DNA from: Marinoscillum sp.
GTDB lineage: Bacteria; Bacteroidota; Bacteroidia; Cytophagales; MED-G16
Direction of reading: 5' to 3'
Length of the DNA stretch: 64,000 nucleotides
NCBI GenBank assembly: GCA_038134805.1
Contig: JAYPVV010000004.1
Span: 9,214-73,213 of the forward strand
Position 1 is the first letter of the stretch, and the number at the start of each line of letters is the position of its first letter. Below, piece by piece: positions 58,839 to 64,000 of this stretch. The translations under genes and the position numbers were made by a program. The notes below the pieces were generated by a model. That model did no database searches. It worked only from the letters and a program-made list of their open reading frames with translations, and was not told where the DNA came from.

Positions 58839-59227
58839 ATTTAAAACCAAGCAATAAGATAAATCCTCTTTTTAGTATGTCTTCGATGACAGATATTATC
58901 TTCTTATTACTTATTTTTTTTATGTTAACAGCCTCATTTGTAACGCCCTCAGGCTTACCTGTCAATCTACCTTCGAGTAAGTCTTCAACTATTGTCATCC
59001 AGAAAGTTTCTGTAACTATTACAAAGGATCTTAAATATTTTGTTAATGACCAAGAAACGTCTTTAGACAATCTTGAATTTATATTAAGGAATGCAATAGG
59101 GGATCAAGAAGGTTTAGTTGTCTTACATTGCGATAAAGATGTTCCAGTAGAACATTTAGTTAATGTTGCTGGGATAGCGACTTCATTAGAAGCAAAAGTT
59201 TCAATTGCATCTACACCTAAAAAATGA
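58835..59227 (+). CDS. exbD: ExbD/TolR-family protein
   Basis: N-terminal MTDIIFLLLIFFMLTASF with the conserved Asp in the TM segment. 130 aa. Confidence 0.85.
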   Translation: MNLKPSNKINPLFSMSSMTDIIFLLLIFFMLTASFVTPSGLPVNLPSSKSSTIVIQKVSVTITKDLKYFVNDQETSLDNLEFILRNAIGDQEGLVVLHCDKDVPVEHLVNVAGIATSLEAKVSIASTPKK

Positions 59228-60000
59228 GAGAAAATAATCAAGATTTAAAAAAGAAAGCTTTTTATCTGACAGTTTTAAGTAATTTATTATTTTTCTTATT
59301 ACTTATGATAGTTGTCGCTTGGAAAGAAACTTATCCTCCTCCAGAAGAATATGGTATTGAACTTGGAGGAGATAGTGAGAATCTTCTTGAAAATTCGTTA
59401 GAAAGTGAAGAGAGTAATTCAGAGAACATAGAAGAAGATTTAGAAGAAAACTTAGATGTAAAAAACATGCTAAATTCTAATATAAATGAAGATATTATTG
59501 AAAATATTTCTAAACAATCTGAACCTTCAAATCAAGAGAAATCAGATATAGAAGAACCTTTTTCAGTTGAAGAATCAATTAATAATGTAAATTCCGAGAA
59601 AAAAATTGATGATTCTGAAGATAAACTTTTAACTGATTCTTCTAAAATAAATAATAATGCTCCTTCTTCTAAGATTATTGATGAGAGGGCAATTTTTAGT
59701 AATAAGTCATCATCTGAGTCTGGTTCTAAAGGATCTTCATTAGAGATGTTAGGATGGGTCTGGGATTTTGAACCTAAACCTATAGATAACAGCAGAGAAA
59801 GTGGCAGAATTGTATTTGAGATCACAGTTGATTATTATGGTGAAATAATTAGCTTAAAAACGCTAGAAACTACTCTTAGCCCTGCAGTGGAAAATATTTA
59901 TAAGGAAGAAGTTTTGAAATTAACTTTTAGTCCTACAAATAATGAGAATCCTGCAGACCTTTCAAAGGGAAAAATTACTTTTATCATAAAGAATAATTAA
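59224..60000 (+). CDS. TonB/TolA-like energy-transducer protein with an acidic, proline-poor linker
   Basis: N-terminal TM (FYLTVLSNLLFFLLLMIVVAW), a Glu/Ser/Asn-rich linker of about 140 aa, and a TonB_C-like end (GRIVFEITVDYYGEIISLKTL...GKITFIIK). Confidence 0.6.
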   Translation: MRENNQDLKKKAFYLTVLSNLLFFLLLMIVVAWKETYPPPEEYGIELGGDSENLLENSLESEESNSENIEEDLEENLDVKNMLNSNINEDIIENISKQSEPSNQEKSDIEEPFSVEESINNVNSEKKIDDSEDKLLTDSSKINNNAPSSKIIDERAIFSNKSSSESGSKGSSLEMLGWVWDFEPKPIDNSRESGRIVFEITVDYYGEIISLKTLETTLSPAVENIYKEEVLKLTFSPTNNENPADLSKGKITFIIKNN

Positions 60001-60034
60001 TAATTAGTTTAAATTTTATTTCTCAAATACAATA

Positions 60035-61306
60035 ATGAAATATACTGAAGTAATAGATTTTCTATTTAATAGTATTCCCAATTATCAAAACTCTGGAGAT
60101 ATCGCATTAAGACCTGGTCTTAAAAATATAAGGATTTTATGTGAGTACTTTAAAAACCCTCATAAATCATTTAAATCTATTCATGTAGGGGGCACAAATG
60201 GAAAAGGAACAACATCAACTACACTAGCAAATTTTTGTTCATCACTTAATTTGAATATTGGTTTATATACTTCTCCTCATATTTTTGATTTTAGAGAGAG
60301 AATACAAGTAAATGGAAAAAAAATTAGTAAAAAGTTTATTCTCAATTTCATTAAGGAAAACTTATCATTTTTTAAAGATAAAAACATCTCATTTTTTGAG
60401 ATGACAACAATTTTAGCATTTGAGTATTTTAAAGAGAAGAAAGTTGATTTAGCGATAGTTGAGGTGGGATTAGGTGGTAAATTTGATTCAACAAATATTT
60501 TAACCCCTTTAATAAGCTTAGTTACTAATGTTGGTCTAGATCATCAAAAAATCCTAGGAAACACATTAGAGGATATTGCAAAAGAAAAAGCAGGGATAAT
60601 TAAATCTAAAAGTATTTTCATAAAAGGGGAAAGTCAACCTGATATTGATAACATATTTAAAAATGAGTGTCATAAGAATCAAACACATTATCTTCAAGCA
60701 TCTGAAGAGATTAAATTAAGCTCAATTAAAAAAACAATTAGCTCTAGAACAATATCTATCTCATATCAATCAATTTACTTTCAATTAAAACTTAATAATC
60801 CAACAGAATACTATTTTCAAAACTTGAAAGGAGTACTATTGGCCTATTTTCAATTCCTTAAATTGGAAAAGATAGAAATTAATGAAAATCTATTTAAAAA
60901 AGCTCCTTTTATAATTCATGGTAGATGGAATATTATCTCTAAAAATCCTTATATTATATCTGATGGATGTCATAATCTAGATGGATTTAGAGTTATTCTA
61001 GATGAGTTAAAAAATTCATCTTTTAATAAAATTTTTTTTATTATAGGTGGTGTTAAAGATAAAAGATGGGATGAAATTGTTAAAATTCTTCCTAACACTT
61101 TTGAATATATATTAGTTCAGCCAAGGATTAATAGGTCTTTAAATGTTGAAGATTTGTCGGAATTTTTTAATAAAGAAAAATTATTTTATACTGTGAAAAA
61201 AGATATAAATATTGCCATAAGTTATTGTAAGAATAAAGCTCAATATAATGATCTAATATTCATAGGTGGAAGTTTATTTTTAATATCAGATATAGATGAA
61301 AAATAA
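60035..61306 (+). CDS. folC: Folylpolyglutamate synthase / dihydrofolate synthase
   Basis: Mur-ligase P-loop HVGGTNGKGTT, plus AIVEVGLGGKFDSTN and DGCHN. Confidence 0.85.
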   Translation: MKYTEVIDFLFNSIPNYQNSGDIALRPGLKNIRILCEYFKNPHKSFKSIHVGGTNGKGTTSTTLANFCSSLNLNIGLYTSPHIFDFRERIQVNGKKISKKFILNFIKENLSFFKDKNISFFEMTTILAFEYFKEKKVDLAIVEVGLGGKFDSTNILTPLISLVTNVGLDHQKILGNTLEDIAKEKAGIIKSKSIFIKGESQPDIDNIFKNECHKNQTHYLQASEEIKLSSIKKTISSRTISISYQSIYFQLKLNNPTEYYFQNLKGVLLAYFQFLKLEKIEINENLFKKAPFIIHGRWNIISKNPYIISDGCHNLDGFRVILDELKNSSFNKIFFIIGGVKDKRWDEIVKILPNTFEYILVQPRINRSLNVEDLSEFFNKEKLFYTVKKDINIAISYCKNKAQYNDLIFIGGSLFLISDIDEK

Positions 61307-61943
61307 ACTAGATAGATACGAATACAATAAAAAATCCAATTTTATTATCCAAGAAGGTAAAGATCTATTTAAAAAAACTAAAGGAAATTGGAGTAACATC
61401 TTTCATAACAAAAACCCATTATATTTAGAATTAGCATGTGGTAATGGTGAATACACTGTTTCAAGATCGATTGAAAATAAAAATAATAACTACATTGGCA
61501 TTGATATAAAAGGTTCTAGATTATGGAAAGGAGCAAAACTCTTAGAGTTAAATAATTGCAAAAATGCTCTATTTCTAAGAATTCCTATTGAACAGATAAC
61601 TGACTTTTTTTCTGAAAATGAAGTGAATGAAATATTAATTTCATTTCCTGATCCTAGACCAAAAAAAAGAGACTTTAAAAAAAGATTAACTAATGAAAAT
61701 TTTCTTCTATTATATTATAATATATTAAAAGATGGAGGTAAAGTTTTATTAAAAACAGATGACCCACATTTATTTTATTACTCAATAGATCAGATTAAGA
61801 CTTCTAAATTTAAAATTCTAGATTATACTAATGACTTATATAATTCTTCAAAATTTGAATCTCATAAAATGATCCAGACTAAATATGAAAAAAGATTCTT
61901 AAAAGAAGGTAAAAATATTCATTTCTTAGAATGTCTAAAATGA
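61296..61943 (+). CDS. trmB: tRNA (guanine-N7)-methyltransferase
   Basis: SAM motif LELACGNGEYT and FPDPRPKKR. Overlaps folC by 11 nt. Confidence 0.85.
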   Translation: MKNKLDRYEYNKKSNFIIQEGKDLFKKTKGNWSNIFHNKNPLYLELACGNGEYTVSRSIENKNNNYIGIDIKGSRLWKGAKLLELNNCKNALFLRIPIEQITDFFSENEVNEILISFPDPRPKKRDFKKRLTNENFLLLYYNILKDGGKVLLKTDDPHLFYYSIDQIKTSKFKILDYTNDLYNSSKFESHKMIQTKYEKRFLKEGKNIHFLECLK

Positions 61944-62543
61944 ATTATCTATCAAATCTAAATAGTCTGATAGGGAGTCATAATCTTTTAATCCTGGCCT
62001 TATTTCTTCAGATCCTCTGAGTAATAATCCATAATTATTTATTTCAATAAATGAGCTTATTTCATATATTTTTTCAAAAGGATTAATTACAACTAAAAAA
62101 TTGTTATCAATTCTCTCTAATAATTTTTTGTTTTGATTTGTTAAGTTATCAATAAAAATAGTATCAGAAGATGGAAAATTTTCTTTTATATAAGAGTTTA
62201 TATGCTTATCAATTAATATTGGGTCTGAAATCTTAACTATTATTTTTTTAGGACTAATTTTTATAGTTTTTTTTATTGACTTTGTAAGATCAACTTGTAT
62301 TCCATCAAATTTTTTTTTATCTAAAATTGAATTTATGTGTTCATCTGATGAATTATTAAATTCAGCAATAATATTCACTCCATTTATCCAATTAGAAATC
62401 TCAATTACTGAGTCTAGAGATAACTTATTTGGTGAGTTTTCATCTAAATTAAAGCCTATACTATCTACCATCATACCTGAGCAATATCTTGCATCACTTA
62501 AATTTGAAATGGAGCTAACATGAACAAAATACTTTAATGACAT
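61935..62543 (-). CDS. Divergent TrpF (phosphoribosylanthranilate isomerase)-like TIM-barrel protein; catalytic residues not evident
   Basis: The TrpF-like layout is ...SNLSDARYCSGMMVDSIGFNLDENSPNKL... and the C-terminal RGSEEIRPGLKDYD. Start set to ATG 62543 (MSLKYF). Confidence 0.4.
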   Translation of the reverse strand: MSLKYFVHVSSISNLSDARYCSGMMVDSIGFNLDENSPNKLSLDSVIEISNWINGVNIIAEFNNSSDEHINSILDKKKFDGIQVDLTKSIKKTIKISPKKIIVKISDPILIDKHINSYIKENFPSSDTIFIDNLTNQNKKLLERIDNNFLVVINPFEKIYEISSFIEINNYGLLLRGSEEIRPGLKDYDSLSDYLDLIDNSF

Positions 62544-62599
62544 TATAATAGTCTTTATAATTAAATTAATTTTACAAATTAAACATATTAGAATCAATT

Positions 62600-63736
62600 A
62601 TGAGTAAACACGGTAAGGTTCTTGTCGCAATGAGTGGTGGTATTGACAGTTCTGTTACCGCTATCTTACTTAAAGAGCAGGGATATGATGTAATTGGTTT
62701 GACTATGAAAACTTGGGATTATGAGTCGTCTTCATCAAATAAAAAGGAGACTGGATGTTGTAGTCTTGATTCTATTAATGACGCAAGAAATATAGCAGTA
62801 GATTTAGGTTTCCACCATAATATTCTTGATATAAGATCTGAATTTGGTGATTATGTCATTGACTATTTTACTGATGAATACATGTTAGGAAGAACGCCAA
62901 ATCCATGTGTTTTGTGTAATACTCATATTAAATGGGAGGCTTTACTTAAGAGAGCAGACAAGCTTGATTGTGAATTTATTGCTACTGGTCACTATGCTAA
63001 AGTTTTAGAAAATAATAATAGATATTTCGTGTCTAAGGGTAAAGATTTGAATAAAGATCAGTCTTATGCTTTATGGGGCATTTCACAGAAAAATCTAAGT
63101 AGGACAATCTTTCCTCTTGGAGAACTAGAAAAAAAGGAAATAAGAGATATTGCCCTAAAGTCAGGATACGATAATCTTGTAAAAAAATCAGAATCGTATG
63201 AAATTTGTTTTGTTCCAGACAATGATTATAGAAATTTTCTAAGAAAAAGAGTAAAAAATATTAATAATAAAGTAGGTGAAGGGAATTTTATTGATGAAAA
63301 TGGGAAAATAATAGGAAAACATCAAGGGTATCCATTTTATACAATTGGGCAAAGGAAAGGATTAGGAATTGCTTTAGGGTATCCTGCTTACGTAACTCAT
63401 ATAAATAAGGATACTAATGAAGTTTCGATTGGCTCATTTGATGAATTACAGAGGGATGGTATGTATGTCAATAAACTTAATTTCATGAAATATGATAAAA
63501 TTATGGGAAGATTAGATGCTCATACAAAAATCAGATATAATGACCAGGGTAGTCCATCTATTATAGAGCAAGTCGATGATACTATTAAGGTATTTTTTGG
63601 CAACGATGTAACAGCAATTACCCCAGGTCAAGCAGCAGTTTTTTATGAGGGAGAAGATGTGATTGGTGGTGGCTGGATTATGTCTAGCTTTAGAAATAAT
63701 TTCAAAACTTTAAAAGTTAAATCATATAATGAGTGA
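62600..63736 (+). CDS. mnmA: tRNA-specific 2-thiouridylase MnmA
   Basis: PP-loop VLVAMSGGIDSSV, then GRTPNPCVLCN and ATGHYA. Confidence 0.95.
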   Translation: MSKHGKVLVAMSGGIDSSVTAILLKEQGYDVIGLTMKTWDYESSSSNKKETGCCSLDSINDARNIAVDLGFHHNILDIRSEFGDYVIDYFTDEYMLGRTPNPCVLCNTHIKWEALLKRADKLDCEFIATGHYAKVLENNNRYFVSKGKDLNKDQSYALWGISQKNLSRTIFPLGELEKKEIRDIALKSGYDNLVKKSESYEICFVPDNDYRNFLRKRVKNINNKVGEGNFIDENGKIIGKHQGYPFYTIGQRKGLGIALGYPAYVTHINKDTNEVSIGSFDELQRDGMYVNKLNFMKYDKIMGRLDAHTKIRYNDQGSPSIIEQVDDTIKVFFGNDVTAITPGQAAVFYEGEDVIGGGWIMSSFRNNFKTLKVKSYNE

Positions 63737-64000
63737 GATATCCATTTCAATTCTAGATTGTAATTTTAATGACCTTGAAACTGAATTTGAAAAAATTAAT
63801 TCTACAGATGCTTCATTTGTACATTTAGATATAATGGATGGTGTTTTTGTACCTAGAGATACTAGAAACACTTTTGATTTAGAGAAAATTAAGGAATTGT
63901 CAAACAAGAAACTAGATGTTCATTTGATGATTGACAAACCAATTAAATATCTTCAGAGGTACATTGATTTAAAACCTGAATATATTTCTGTACATCTTGA
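63729..64000 (+). CDS. rpe: Ribulose-phosphate 3-epimerase, 5' part (runs off the right edge)
   Basis: Own translation from the ATG at 63729, which overlaps the mnmA stop: MSEISISILDCNFNDLETEFEKINSTDASFVHLDIMDGVFVPRDT...LDVHLMIDKP. It carries the Rpe signature H-x-D-x-MDG-x-FVP. Not in the ORF track because it is truncated. Confidence 0.85.
   Translation, partial: MSEISISILDCNFNDLETEFEKINSTDASFVHLDIMDGVFVPRDTRNTFDLEKIKELSNKKLDVHLMIDKPIKYLQRYIDLKPEYISVHL

Noticed and set aside
59532-59825. 97-aa ORF antisense to the TonB-like linker
   Set aside because: It is the mirror image of the acidic low-complexity linker, with no motifs.
62544-62597. 18-residue N-terminal extension of the TrpF-like ORF (MILICLICKINLIIKTII)
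   Set aside because: With it the divergent spacer to mnmA would be only 2 bp. The internal ATG at 62543 leaves a 56-bp promoter region.

Overview
This is an AT-rich (roughly 30% G+C by eye), very gene-dense chromosomal segment. It looks like core genome of a small-genome marine Flavobacteriia (Bacteroidota) member. That placement is an inference from four things: gene content, the synteny miaB / sigma-54 activator / lptE-like / secG / groES / groEL and thrS-infC-rpmI-rplT, several TAnnTTTG -7 promoter boxes, and the near absence of Shine-Dalgarno sequences.

I support about 62 protein-coding genes, two of them cut by the window edges. They are mostly housekeeping: chaperonins, tRNA modification (miaB, mnmE, mnmA, trmB), thrS, tyrS, ribosomal proteins, lysA, asnB, ggt, glnII, gltA, folC, smc, holA, plus transporters and envelope proteins. 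I see no rRNA, tRNA, CRISPR array, transposase, integrase or recognisable defence gene.

Nothing here is an obvious novel system. The best candidates for a second look are:
1. A seven-gene chain, holA / giant TPR protein / orphan beta-barrel-like protein / SPOR protein / ExbB / ExbD / TonB-like protein (52001-60000). Every junction overlaps. It could be a Tol-Pal-analogous trans-envelope machine.
2. An unusually short (842 aa) SMC with canonical head motifs, no visible hinge domain, and about 300 residues free of Gly and Pro.
3. A sigma-54-type -24/-12 motif in front of groES, about 1.3 kb from a sensor-less sigma-54 activator.
4. A thioredoxin-fold / MBL-rhodanese-rhodanese / rhodanese sulfur-handling trio.
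5. The only large non-coding gap (23260-23791), which holds two tandem hydrophobic mini-ORFs and a duplicated copy of the ggt 3' end.
6. Several candidate operators: LexA-like, DtxR/MntR-like, and a GTA-N8-TAC site upstream of glnII.

All functional calls come from motif and architecture recognition by eye. No database search was run.
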